64,000 nucleotides of DNA from an uncultured delta proteobacterium. GTDB lineage: Bacteria > Desulfobacterota > WTBG01. Made by a program: the position numbers and the translations under genes. Location: NCBI GenBank assembly GCA_963793865.1, contig CAWCBP010000001.1, positions 256,001 to 320,000 of the forward strand. Direction: 5' to 3'. Of the stretch, positions 50,529-59,694 are shown piece by piece. The notes under the pieces are model-generated. The model saw only the letters and a list, made by a program, of their open reading frames with translations. It was not told where the DNA came from and made no database searches. Each line of letters opens with the position of its first letter. Positions within the stretch are counted from its first letter, which is position 1.

Positions 50529-51014
50529 TTACTTTGCTGCCGTCTCAATCCACCTTTTTATCTCGTTCTTCACGGGAACCTTCCCCACCGACTTCACCTC
50601 CCCGTTGATAATCAGTGCGGGGGTACCGAAGACCCCATAGTCCTTGAACTTTGCAACATCTCGCACATGCTCAAAATCAGCCGGCAGGTTAAGCTCGACA
50701 AGCACACCCATTACTTCACGTTCCAGCTTTTCACACTGCATACACCCGGAACCTAAAATCCTTACCTCCAGGGTTTTTTTTCGCTCCACCGTCATACCCA
50801 GAAACCTTTTATATTCATCCGCCAGTGCAGCCGCATATTCATTTTCAGCCGATGGAGGAATATAATTATTCTTCTTAACCCGGGCAATGAGCTCATCCTT
50901 TACCTGTTCATCAGACTGTGCTCCCTGGGCCTTTACCTCTTCAAATGACGTTTGCAAACCCATAATGCCCACTCGCTGCCCGCCTACACATACCATTTTC
51001 ACATCATCAGACAT
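50529..51014 (-). CDS. MTH895/ArsE-like thioredoxin with N-terminal extension
   Basis: ILGSGCMQC, YGVFGTPALIING; N-domain VGI.GL..NYIP. Confidence 0.8.
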   Translation of the reverse strand: MSDDVKMVCVGGQRVGIMGLQTSFEEVKAQGAQSDEQVKDELIARVKKNNYIPPSAENEYAAALADEYKRFLGMTVERKKTLEVRILGSGCMQCEKLEREVMGVLVELNLPADFEHVRDVAKFKDYGVFGTPALIINGEVKSVGKVPVKNEIKRWIETAAK

Positions 51015-51056
51015 GACGCGTCACCTCACTCCTACGAAAACGACATGTACCGGCAC

Positions 51057-51755
51057 TTACGAAAACGGATTGAAGTGGAAGATATGGGCGGAGATGTAGT
51101 AAATCCCCACCAGGATGAAAACGATGCCGGTTACCCTTTTCATCCAGTATTCCAGCACTCTCACCTGCCTGAAAATCTTCTCTAAATTGGTAACCCCAAA
51201 AGCGAGCACTACTGCAAATCCTAAAACAGGAAGACCTGTACCCATTCCATACAAGGAGGGCATAACAACTTGTGAGCTGTTTTTCAAAGCGAGCGGTAGC
51301 AGGCTCCCAAAGAAAATCGCTGCCGATATGGGACAGAAAGAGAGGGCAAAAAGGACTCCTAAAAGGAGGGAGCCGAAGGCGCCAAAATCCTTAACCCGCT
51401 CCGCGGTTTTTACTGAAACCGATGAGCTCAAAAAAGGCATATTTACCACTCCCAGCAGCAGCAACCCGGTAATAATAAGTACCGGACCGAGTATCTTGTT
51501 CAGGTAGTGCTGGAGAAAATAGGAAGTCTGGGGGATGCTCAAAAGCGAAGAGGTAATCAAAACCCCCAGCGCCGTGTACCCAATGACCCTTCCCAGGGTA
51601 TAGAACACCCCCGAGTTAAAAACATATAAGGGATGCTCTATCTTTTTAACGATAAAAGAAACAGCCGCAATATTTGAGGCGAGCGGACAGGGGCTGATGG
51701 AGGTGAGGATGCCCAACCACAATGCTGAGAGCAGCGGAAATCCCGAAATTTCCAT
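51057..51755 (-). CDS. arsG: ArsG-like CcdA/DsbD-type membrane protein
   Basis: SPCPLASNIAA, FALSFCP; follows arsE/arsF-like genes. Confidence 0.75.
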   Translation of the reverse strand: MEISGFPLLSALWLGILTSISPCPLASNIAAVSFIVKKIEHPLYVFNSGVFYTLGRVIGYTALGVLITSSLLSIPQTSYFLQHYLNKILGPVLIITGLLLLGVVNMPFLSSSVSVKTAERVKDFGAFGSLLLGVLFALSFCPISAAIFFGSLLPLALKNSSQVVMPSLYGMGTGLPVLGFAVVLAFGVTNLEKIFRQVRVLEYWMKRVTGIVFILVGIYYISAHIFHFNPFS

Positions 51756-52213
51756 CAGGTTGACTCCATATATTTCTGGATTTCAGTTTTTACATAGTAA
51801 TAAAATGCCTCCTGGTCATCCAGATTATTCCACACCTCAGCAAGATTTTTCCATCTGACCTGGGTGGTGCCTTTAAATTCGGCAATAACCAGCGATCTGG
51901 TATAGAGCTGGTAGTCATTGATGAAATGCTTATTCTCGGGACGATCCATATTGATAACTTTAAATACCAGCTCCCCGGTTTTGAGCTGATCCGCAAAGTA
52001 TTTTTCTACTGCCTCACGGGAGTACTGCTCGATCTTTTTGCAACTATCACAGCGGAAATCACCGTGAAAATAGAAGGCAACAAGTTTCCTGGGGGCATCG
52101 GTTATTGCTGCTACGGTGGCTTTGCCCTTTTCAGGCTGCGCAGTCACTGAATCTGTGATTAAACCGCTGACCAGGAGTGCACAAACGGCTAAACATATTG
52201 TTTTATTGCTCAT
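51755..52213 (-). CDS. arsF: ArsF-like periplasmic thioredoxin-fold protein
   Basis: Signal peptide, YFHG..RC.SC..IE, WKNL..VW. Confidence 0.75.
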   Translation of the reverse strand: MSNKTICLAVCALLVSGLITDSVTAQPEKGKATVAAITDAPRKLVAFYFHGDFRCDSCKKIEQYSREAVEKYFADQLKTGELVFKVINMDRPENKHFINDYQLYTRSLVIAEFKGTTQVRWKNLAEVWNNLDDQEAFYYYVKTEIQKYMEST

Positions 52214-52239
52214 AACAGTCTTTCCTCCTTCTCCTGCAT

Positions 52240-52470
52240 TTAGTTAAGAACCTTCTTTATCTCGTCCACACTGAGAACTTTCCCCACCGATTTTACCTCT
52301 CCATCAATCACCAGCGCGGGCGTCATCATAACCCCGGCGTTGATGATTTTTTGGATCTCTTCAACTTTGTTTATCTCTGCCTGCAGGTTAAGTTCTTTCA
52401 CAGCATTTTGGGTATTCTCGTAAAGCTTCTTGCATTTAGCACAGCCAGGCCCCAAAACCTCAATTTTCAT
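52240..52470 (-). CDS. Small redox-active disulfide protein (MTH895/ArsE family)
   Basis: MKIEVLGPGCAKC, GVMMTPALVIDG; AAGGAG SD before the ATG at 52470. Confidence 0.85.
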   Translation of the reverse strand: MKIEVLGPGCAKCKKLYENTQNAVKELNLQAEINKVEEIQKIINAGVMMTPALVIDGEVKSVGKVLSVDEIKKVLN

Positions 52471-52557
52471 AAATAGCTCCTTAAAAGCAGTTTTCAGTTG
52501 GAAGTAGCCAGTTGTCAGCAATACGAATGGCGTTTTACACAAATCAGGCGAACCAAC

Positions 52558-52962
52558 TCACGTTTGGATGCCTGAAGCCTTCCGCATGGCTGCCTTGATA
52601 TCCTCCTTGTCGGGAACATAGCCCATAAAGGCTACTTTTCCATCAAGGATGAGGACCGGGGTCATGAGCCAGCCATTCTCTTCTGCTTTTCGTGCGCAGG
52701 GCATCATTATCTCATCCAGTTCCTTTGACCATCCTTCGGTAATAATGTCCCGCAATTTGCTCCAGTCGATTTCGATGCCTGCCCACTCTGCAACATCATG
52801 AGCAGTTCCCACCTTCCCGTATTGTTGTGACTCATCCATGTCATAGGCAAGTTTTTTCATTTCAACCGGAATCCCCAGTTCCCCAGCCGCCTCGTGTGCC
52901 AGATCATACATCCGCTGGCAGCGCGGGCAGGGCGGAACCACCCCCAGCACTGTAATTTTCAT
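52558..52962 (-). CDS. Thioredoxin-like protein (MTH895-related, with insertion)
   Basis: PPCPRC, MTPVLILDG, GYVP. Confidence 0.75.
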   Translation of the reverse strand: MKITVLGVVPPCPRCQRMYDLAHEAAGELGIPVEMKKLAYDMDESQQYGKVGTAHDVAEWAGIEIDWSKLRDIITEGWSKELDEIMMPCARKAEENGWLMTPVLILDGKVAFMGYVPDKEDIKAAMRKASGIQT

Positions 52963-52990
52963 AGCATAACCTCCTCGTGTCGATTCACGA

Positions 52991-53401
52991 TTAATGAGAA
53001 GAAAAAGAAAGAATATATTCTTTCAATTCATCTCTCACCTTTCGAAATACTGCCAGCCTTTCCTCCCTGCTCCCTTCCGCGGCGGCGGGATCAGCAAAAC
53101 CCTTGTGCATCCGCGTTCCCTCTCCCGGAAACAGAGGGCAGGTTTTTGCCGCATCATCACAGAGAGTCACAATGTAATCGAACGCCTCCTCTCCATACTC
53201 ATCCAGATGCTTGGATCGCTGCCGGGAGATGTCAATGCCAATCTCCTTCATAACCTCTACTGCCAGTGAATTCACCCCTTTCGGTTCACTCCCGGCAGAA
53301 TACACTTCAAACTCCCTGTTTCTGAGATGTCTCATTAAGCCTTCAGCCATCTGGCTGCGGGCTGAATTGCCGGTACATAAAAAAAGAATCTTTTTTTTCA
53401 T
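52991..53401 (-). CDS. arsC: Thioredoxin-coupled arsenate reductase (LMW-PTP fold)
   Basis: CTGNSARSQMAE, TLC....TCP.FPG, DP. Confidence 0.9.
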   Translation of the reverse strand: MKKKILFLCTGNSARSQMAEGLMRHLRNREFEVYSAGSEPKGVNSLAVEVMKEIGIDISRQRSKHLDEYGEEAFDYIVTLCDDAAKTCPLFPGEGTRMHKGFADPAAAEGSREERLAVFRKVRDELKEYILSFSSH

Positions 53402-53468
53402 ATGGTCTGTTCAGAAGGTTCCGTGATGGTTCGGTAACAGCACGGTATCCAGGCAGGCATTGATTACG

Positions 53469-54289
53469 CTACGCATCTTTGGACGGCTTTTCGCCATAGA
53501 CGGTTATGGATAAAATCTGGACACCGGATTGCTTATAGTCATTTATTTCATCCTGAGAAAGATACTTTAATAAAACAACATCGGGCATGGCATATACTTT
53601 TTCTTTGGTTATGGAAACGCCGGCAAATCCCGCATCGGCAATAATGTGCAGGTAGGTGTCTTTGTTGAGCGCGCCGGCCACGCAGCCCGCATACATCTCT
53701 GCTGCGGATTGTATTTTTGCAGGCAGCGTTCCGGTTATTACTATATCTGAAATACCAAATCGCCCGCCGGGTTTCAATACGCGATAAATTTCCTGAAATG
53801 CTTTGAGCTTATCAGGCACCAGGTTTATGACGCAGTTGCTGACAACCACATCCGCGGTATTATCAGCAACCGGCAGCTGTTCTATATCGCCAAGCCTGAA
53901 CTCAGACATTGGTATACCCAAGCTTTTCAGCATTCTGTTGCGCTTTCTCAATCATGGCTTCCGTCATGTCAATGCCAATGACTGTGCCGGTTGCTGCCGA
54001 CAAGCCTTTGCGCAATAAAAACGTCATTGCCTGCCCCCGATCCAAGATCGACAACCGTTTCACCGGGCTTAATATTGACTGTATCGGTGGGTATGCCGCA
54101 TCCCAGCCCCAGGTCGGCATCCTTAACGTAGCCGTCTTTCTTTGAATAGTCCGGGCTGAAGGTTGTGTAAATATCTGCATTCGAAGCGCCTGAGCAGCAA
54201 CAGGAGCATGAACAACCCTCCTCCGATTTCTTTGCGATCTCAGCGTACTTTTCTTTAACGATGTTTTTGATTTTGTCTTTACTGTCCAT
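53469..54289 (-). CDS. arsM: Arsenite S-adenosylmethionine methyltransferase; two apparent +1 frameshifts (near 53995 and 53905)
   Basis: Cys-rich N-terminus, LGLGCG.P, DLGSGAG.D, GIDMT.AM, SNCVINL, GCVAGA spread over three frames. Confidence 0.85.
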
Positions 54290-54334
54290 GTATCTCTCCC
54301 ATTAAACGTTTAAACGAAACTATGAAACTATGAT

Positions 54335-55120
54335 TCATGCCCGATGATCGTCATGACAATCGAGGCATTGCATTTTAGAAATGGTATCGTCCTTTTCTGT
54401 CTTGGGGCCGAAATGACATCCCAAACAGTCGTTTATAGAGTCAGGAATAAGCGCTGTCGGCCTGTATTCACCCCGATGAGCACGGTTAAGGATTTCCGCC
54501 ACATATGCCGCTGTATCGCCCGCTAGTTTTGCGCAGCGCTCAAAACGTTCAGGGGTATGTACACCCTTGCCCGATGACTTTATCCACGCGCCAACCGACT
54601 GATGGCATAGCGGTGATCCCGGCACTGCCAGCGGCTGATTGCGGAATCGACAGTATTGCTCGTGATACAGGGAGGGGAAAGGTGTCTTCATATACCAGGT
54701 CATTAGGTCATCCGCAGCCAGAGGAGAGTCTCCGAGGGCCAGTGTCATCACCAACAAGCCGCCGTTAAGTGCACCACACAAAGTGCCCCATGAGTAAGCT
54801 CCGCCTCGTCCGTACGAGAAGGCATCAAGCGGTAAGGTACTCCACGGATACGGGTTCTGTTCGGCCGCGGTGACTGCAATTGCTTTTACTACACCGTACA
54901 TGCAGGCTTTTTCATATTTGTACTCGTACCCGCGCCTTCGCACAGCCTCGACATCAAACTCCGCATAGGGCCAGGGCATTGCAGCCGTTGAAACGGATGG
55001 TTTAGACTTCTGTAGCACACTGCATCCTACCGCTCCGGCTGTCGCAGTTACAATGGCCAGACCGGCACCAAGACATTCCCTCCGTGACATGTTAGTTTCC
55101 AATGGAATCTCTCTATTCAT
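54335..55120 (-). CDS. Tat-exported C-GCAxxG-C-C/split-Soret cytochrome c-like protein with C-terminal diheme motifs
   Basis: SRRECL twin-arginine signal, YG.GG...GTLCGALNG, SPLCH.SV, RC, CLGCH and CLDCH. Confidence 0.7.
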   Translation of the reverse strand: MNREIPLETNMSRRECLGAGLAIVTATAGAVGCSVLQKSKPSVSTAAMPWPYAEFDVEAVRRRGYEYKYEKACMYGVVKAIAVTAAEQNPYPWSTLPLDAFSYGRGGAYSWGTLCGALNGGLLVMTLALGDSPLAADDLMTWYMKTPFPSLYHEQYCRFRNQPLAVPGSPLCHQSVGAWIKSSGKGVHTPERFERCAKLAGDTAAYVAEILNRAHRGEYRPTALIPDSINDCLGCHFGPKTEKDDTISKMQCLDCHDDHRA

Positions 55121-55256
55121 CTCTTGCCTTCTATCCCTTGTGCGTTGGTGTTTGATTGTATAGTTGATAATTTGCCAAGATGCAACGGCGTTACCGCCTT
55201 TGCTAGTGCGGACGATGTATCTAAATTGATTCAATCAGGTACTAAAAAACCACTAA

Positions 55257-56345
55257 TCATTTACAGTCAATTTGGCAAACCCCAACCGGGGTTTCCGGTG
55301 TAAGCGGAAAATATTTTTCCTTAAACCTGAGCGCAACATTTACAAGGCTGATGAGCACCGGCACCTCCACCAAGGGGCCGATAACTGCGGCGAAAGCCTG
55401 ACCTGAATTGATCCCAAACACCGCAACAGCAACCGCAATAGCCAGCTCAAAATTATTACTGGCAGCGGTAAAGGAAAGGGTTGCGCTCTGAGCATAGGTG
55501 GCGCCAACCTTTTTGCTCATATAGAATGACACCAGAAACATGATGACAAAATAAATAAGCAGCGGGATGGCAATCCTGACCACATCAAGAGGAATCTTTA
55601 CAATATATTCTCCCTTCAACGAGAACATCACCAGGATGGTAAAGAGCAGGGCAATCAGCGTAATCGGGCTTATTTTCGGGATAAACTTTTCATGATACCA
55701 TTTCTTGTTTTTTACGTTGATTAGCACGAAGCGGGTAATTACTCCGGCAATAAAAGGAATGCCCAGATAGATAAAAACACTTTCTGCGATTTGGCCGATG
55801 GTAATGTCTACTGCAACACCCGAAAGTCCAAGCAGGGGGGGCAGTATGGTGATAAAAATCCAGGCATACACTGAAAAGAAGAGCACTTGAAATATCGAGT
55901 TAAACGCAACCAGTCCGGCGCAATACTCTGTATCGCCTTTGGCAAGATCATTCCAGACAATGACCATGGCAATACAGCGCGCAAGCCCTATCATAATCAA
56001 GCCTTGCATGTAGGCGGGATAACCGCTAAGAAATAGTATTGCAAGAACGAACATTAATATCGGGCCGATGACCCAGTTCTGGACCAGGGAGAGACCCAGC
56101 ACCTTATAATTTCTGAACACCTCACCCAGTTCCTCATATTTTACTTTTGCAAGGGGCGGGTACATCATGAGAATGAGCCCGATGGCAATTGGGATGTTGG
56201 TTGTGCCTGACTGGAACTGATTCCAAAAATTGACCACACCCGGGAAAAGGTATCCCCATCCCACACCTATAGCCATGGCCAGAAAAATCCAGAGGGTAAG
56301 GTACCTGTCCAGAAACGAGAGTTTCTTCGCAACTGATTCAGTCAT
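55257..56345 (-). CDS. acr3: Acr3 arsenite efflux transporter
   Basis: [45 protein letters not shown]. Confidence 0.93.
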   Translation of the reverse strand: MTESVAKKLSFLDRYLTLWIFLAMAIGVGWGYLFPGVVNFWNQFQSGTTNIPIAIGLILMMYPPLAKVKYEELGEVFRNYKVLGLSLVQNWVIGPILMFVLAILFLSGYPAYMQGLIMIGLARCIAMVIVWNDLAKGDTEYCAGLVAFNSIFQVLFFSVYAWIFITILPPLLGLSGVAVDITIGQIAESVFIYLGIPFIAGVITRFVLINVKNKKWYHEKFIPKISPITLIALLFTILVMFSLKGEYIVKIPLDVVRIAIPLLIYFVIMFLVSFYMSKKVGATYAQSATLSFTAASNNFELAIAVAVAVFGINSGQAFAAVIGPLVEVPVLISLVNVALRFKEKYFPLTPETPVGVCQIDCK

Positions 56346-56382
56346 TTTCTATCCTCCTTGAAAAAAGATATGTTGCTGTCCC

Positions 56383-57687
56383 TCACACACTATACCCGAA
56401 AATAGTCCCGGTAACCGTGGCCATCATCACCACCAGTAAAATAAAGACAAGGGCTTTTTTAGTACCCATAATACTTCTGATGACCAGCATGCTGGGAAGA
56501 GAAAGCGCGGGGCCCGCCAAAAGCAGGGCAAGGGCCGGGCCTTTTGACATACCCAGCTTCATGAGCATTTCCGTAATGGGAACTTCGGTCAGGGTAGCAA
56601 AATAGAAGAACGCCCCTACGACCGATGCAATAAAGTTTGAAGCAAGGCTGTTATCTCCCACCAGCAGGGCAACCTGCTTCTCAGGAATAAAGACGGTAAT
56701 AAATCCCACCAAAAACACCCCTCCATAGAGCAGTGGAACCAGCATTTTGGTAAAATCCCAGGTAGCCGACATCCATTGAAGAATCTCTTCGCGGGGAAAC
56801 CACCAATACACCATTGCCAAAATTGCAAGGAACATCGTTCCCGCCAGATACCAGCGGATTTTGTGGATGGACAGGGTAAGGCTCGGCACCGGTTCGATGG
56901 CCTTAATCTCTGAGCGGTCGTACGTTTTGACCTCCTGCATTGTCTCTCCGCCCTCATCATATAATTGCAGGGTGAGATTGTCCTTTGTCTCGTAGCGCAC
57001 GTGCACCTTCATTTCGGTACCATCCTGCAGGGTCACGGTAGCGGTACCGGGATTAAACCAGTCACTGAAAACCAGAAATAAAATCATGCATAAAAAGTAG
57101 AGAGACGTTTTCCAAAGAGGGCGTCCGCTTGCGGGGGATTCAGGCATACGCAATGCAGCTTCTGACTTTTCTTTCTCTTCCCTCCTGAAAATCAACGCCA
57201 TGAGAATACCTATAACCACGGCAAAGGCAATCGCTCCCACAGCGCGGGCCACCCCAATGTCCATTCCCAGAACCCGGGCGCTTAAAAATATCGCCAGCAC
57301 GTTAATCGCCGGTCCTGAATAGAGAAAAGCGGTGGCGGGGCCAAGGCCGGCACCCAGGCTGTATATCCCGGCAAACATGGGAAGCACACTGCACGAACAT
57401 ACCGCCAGCACGCAGCCGGACACCGAGGCGACGCTGTATGCCAAAAGCTTATTTGCCTTCGGCCCCAGATAGCGCATCACCGACGCCTGGGAGAGAAAGG
57501 TGGTAATCGCCCCGGCAATAAACAGCGCCGGCACAACGCAGGCGAGCGTGTGCTCCCGCGCATACCACTGGAGCAGCCTGAATGCCTCGTAGATTGCCTC
57601 CTTTACTTTCGGGCTGCCCAGGGGCAACAGGTATGCAATCAAGAACAGTCCGATAATCAAGCTGAACTTCTTCCACTCTTCCTTCAT
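56383..57687 (-). CDS. arsP: ArsP/DUF318-family permease
   Basis: VCSCSVLP, FLYSGPAIN, YFATLTEVP, GPALSLP. Confidence 0.85.
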   Translation of the reverse strand: MKEEWKKFSLIIGLFLIAYLLPLGSPKVKEAIYEAFRLLQWYAREHTLACVVPALFIAGAITTFLSQASVMRYLGPKANKLLAYSVASVSGCVLAVCSCSVLPMFAGIYSLGAGLGPATAFLYSGPAINVLAIFLSARVLGMDIGVARAVGAIAFAVVIGILMALIFRREEKEKSEAALRMPESPASGRPLWKTSLYFLCMILFLVFSDWFNPGTATVTLQDGTEMKVHVRYETKDNLTLQLYDEGGETMQEVKTYDRSEIKAIEPVPSLTLSIHKIRWYLAGTMFLAILAMVYWWFPREEILQWMSATWDFTKMLVPLLYGGVFLVGFITVFIPEKQVALLVGDNSLASNFIASVVGAFFYFATLTEVPITEMLMKLGMSKGPALALLLAGPALSLPSMLVIRSIMGTKKALVFILLVVMMATVTGTIFGYSV

Positions 57688-58079
57688 ACTCTTTTTTCTC
57701 GTGTATTGTTTTTCTCACCTCTTGGTATCGGGCCAACCTTTGCGCACAACTCTTCCCTTTTGAGGGTCTCTGTTTTTTTAAGCATTTTTTTTATGCCTTC
57801 GTCATCATTGATCCACTCTTTTAACCGGCCCTGGAGTACCGGCGCATACTTGTTTACCTTTTCTCTGCAGAGCATATAGTTGGTCCACATGCCGTCCCGC
57901 TCATCCTCGATCAGGCCCGCGTCCTTCATCAGGCTAAGATGCCTGGAAACACTTGGCATGGTAATACCTAACGCCGCCGCTAATTCACATACACACATCT
58001 TCTTATGCTGCAACATTTTAAAAATTTTGAGGCGGTTTTGATCCGCAACCGCCTTTAATACCTTAACCAGTTCTCGCAT
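57684..58079 (-). CDS. arsR: ArsR/SmtB repressor
   Basis: MCVCEL, VSRHL..K.AGL. Confidence 0.9.
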   Translation of the reverse strand: MRELVKVLKAVADQNRLKIFKMLQHKKMCVCELAAALGITMPSVSRHLSLMKDAGLIEDERDGMWTNYMLCREKVNKYAPVLQGRLKEWINDDEGIKKMLKKTETLKREELCAKVGPIPRGEKNNTREKRV

Positions 58080-58099
58080 GGACCTGCCCCTTTAAGCAA

Positions 58100-58152
58100 A
58101 TTACCATTTAGCAATTTTGCTAAATGGTAATATATCAACAAGATATTGTCAA
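58100..58152 (-). promoter_or_regulatory. Promoter and ArsR operator of the main ars operon
   Basis: TTGACA-17bp-TACCAT on the minus strand; 15-2-15 inverted repeat attaccatttagcaa/ttgctaaatggtaat. Confidence 0.8.
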
Positions 58153-58202
58153 GCGGCAAATTAAAGGACACCTCTAAAATTATGCATCTAAAATCTCTTT
58201 GT

Positions 58203-58970
58203 TCACAAAACTTTTCCTTCAAGCATAACCTGGATTACCTCAGATAGGTATTTAGTCTTTGTGTGAATTGCAATTTTTTCTTTAAATTCTCCCTTCTGTA
58301 GTTTATTTTTGTCTAACTTAACAATGATAGTATATTTTTCTCCTTGTTTATTAGACTCTGCCGTAATCCAATTAGCGCTTGGCTCAATTTTCTCTATGGT
58401 CAATCCATTTTCTCTCATTCCACTGACCGTTATTGTTCTCTCAAGACTATTGGGATCCATAATATCCTTACTGGCATCTATGATGCCGAAATAAAGATAT
58501 TCAGGTGCTAACTTTATCTCCTTTTTATCCACTTTACCTGTTATCATAATTTTAAATTCGGGCACCTTTTGATTATTGGTCTTGAGCAGTACATACCCCA
58601 GAAAAGACTTTTGAATACCCGAGGAAGTCATAATCTCCAAGCTATACACTTTCCCTTTTTCGATGGTTTCAAGCTTGTATTTTATTTTATCATCCATAGT
58701 GGAGGTGATCTGTGTTATCTCCAGTGGCTCTTCATCAAGCGAAGTGATGGTTACTTTATTACTCGCCGTATCTCCATAGTATCCTTGCAGTATCACTCGG
58801 TTACTTGGAAGTATGCTTATATACTGATTTGTATTGCTCTTCTGACCAGAAGAGGCAGCCGCGCCACAGCCGGACTTGCCTCCTCACCCGGCTGTGCATT
58901 GGTATGGAAGTGATAAGGTTAGAAAACAGAGCGCAGCGATAAGATGAAAAACTTTTTTTGCAGAAAACAT
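58203..58970 (-). CDS. Exported Ig-like (DUF1573-associated-like) protein, putative selenoprotein with Sec at codon 29
   Basis: GAGGAGG SD, ATG at 58970, signal peptide, in-frame TGA at 58884-58886, then an open frame into the 197 aa ORF; SECIS-like hairpin. Confidence 0.75.
58849..58886 (-). promoter_or_regulatory. Putative bacterial SECIS element
   Basis: UGAGGAGGCAAGUCCGGC-UGUG-GCGCGGCUGCCUCUUC; hand-folded long stem with a GU-containing apical loop about 16 nt after the UGA. Confidence 0.65.
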
Positions 58971-59024
58971 TTTTAACCTCCTCGTTTATATTTTCGCTGG
59001 TTAGCCTTTCACAACAAATGACTC

Positions 59025-59693
59025 TTATTGAACAAGTCGCCCTTCATTAAGATGAATTCTCACCGTGCCAAAATCGGCTGCTGCAGGACTATGGGTTACC
59101 ATAATAACGGTAATCCCTTTCTCGACATTGTGAGACTTGAGCAGCCCCAGGATATCCTGGGCCAGCGAGGGGTCAAGATTGCCCGTTGGCTCATCGGCAA
59201 GTATCAATGAGGGGTCATTAGCCATTGCCCGGGCAATAGCAACCCGCTGCTGCTGCCCGGCTGATAATTCCCGGGGAAGATGATTAATTCTGCCATTGAG
59301 CCCAACAGTATCCAAAAGTTGAGCAGCGCGTTCCATTTGGGTATCTTTATCCATTTTCCGGAGCGACAGGGGAATCATCACATTTCGCAGGGCCGAAATG
59401 TAGGGGATGAGACTGAAATTCTGCATCACAAAGCCAATATGTTTTCGGCGGAACCCTGCCAGATCATTATTGGATGAAGAGTACAGCGCGTTGTTTCTAA
59501 AAAATATGTCCCCTGAAGATGGGGATATAAGCCCCCCCAGTGAAAGTAACAGGGTAGACTTTCCCGAACCGGAAGGCCCTGTTATAGTAACAAAGGTGCC
59601 TTCTTTGACAGTAAAGGTAATGTCTTTTAAAGCATCAACCGGTCCATCTGCATGGGAATACTGTTTTGAAAGCCTTTCAACTCGCAGCAGCAC
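59025..59693 (-). CDS. ABC ATPase, LolD/MacB type
   Basis: [33 protein letters not shown]. Confidence 0.92.
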   Translation of the reverse strand: MLLRVERLSKQYSHADGPVDALKDITFTVKEGTFVTITGPSGSGKSTLLLSLGGLISPSSGDIFFRNNALYSSSNNDLAGFRRKHIGFVMQNFSLIPYISALRNVMIPLSLRKMDKDTQMERAAQLLDTVGLNGRINHLPRELSAGQQQRVAIARAMANDPSLILADEPTGNLDPSLAQDILGLLKSHNVEKGITVIMVTHSPAAADFGTVRIHLNEGRLVQ

Positions 59694-59694
59694 G

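Noticed and set aside
52471..52560. The UGA of the 52558-52962 thioredoxin is in frame with the next thioredoxin gene
   Set aside because: The linker is repeat-like, the downstream gene has a strong SD and ATG, and the UGA is not at a redox motif
53902..53904. TGA inside arsM as selenocysteine
   Set aside because: The ArsM sequence continues in a different frame, so it is an indel rather than recoding
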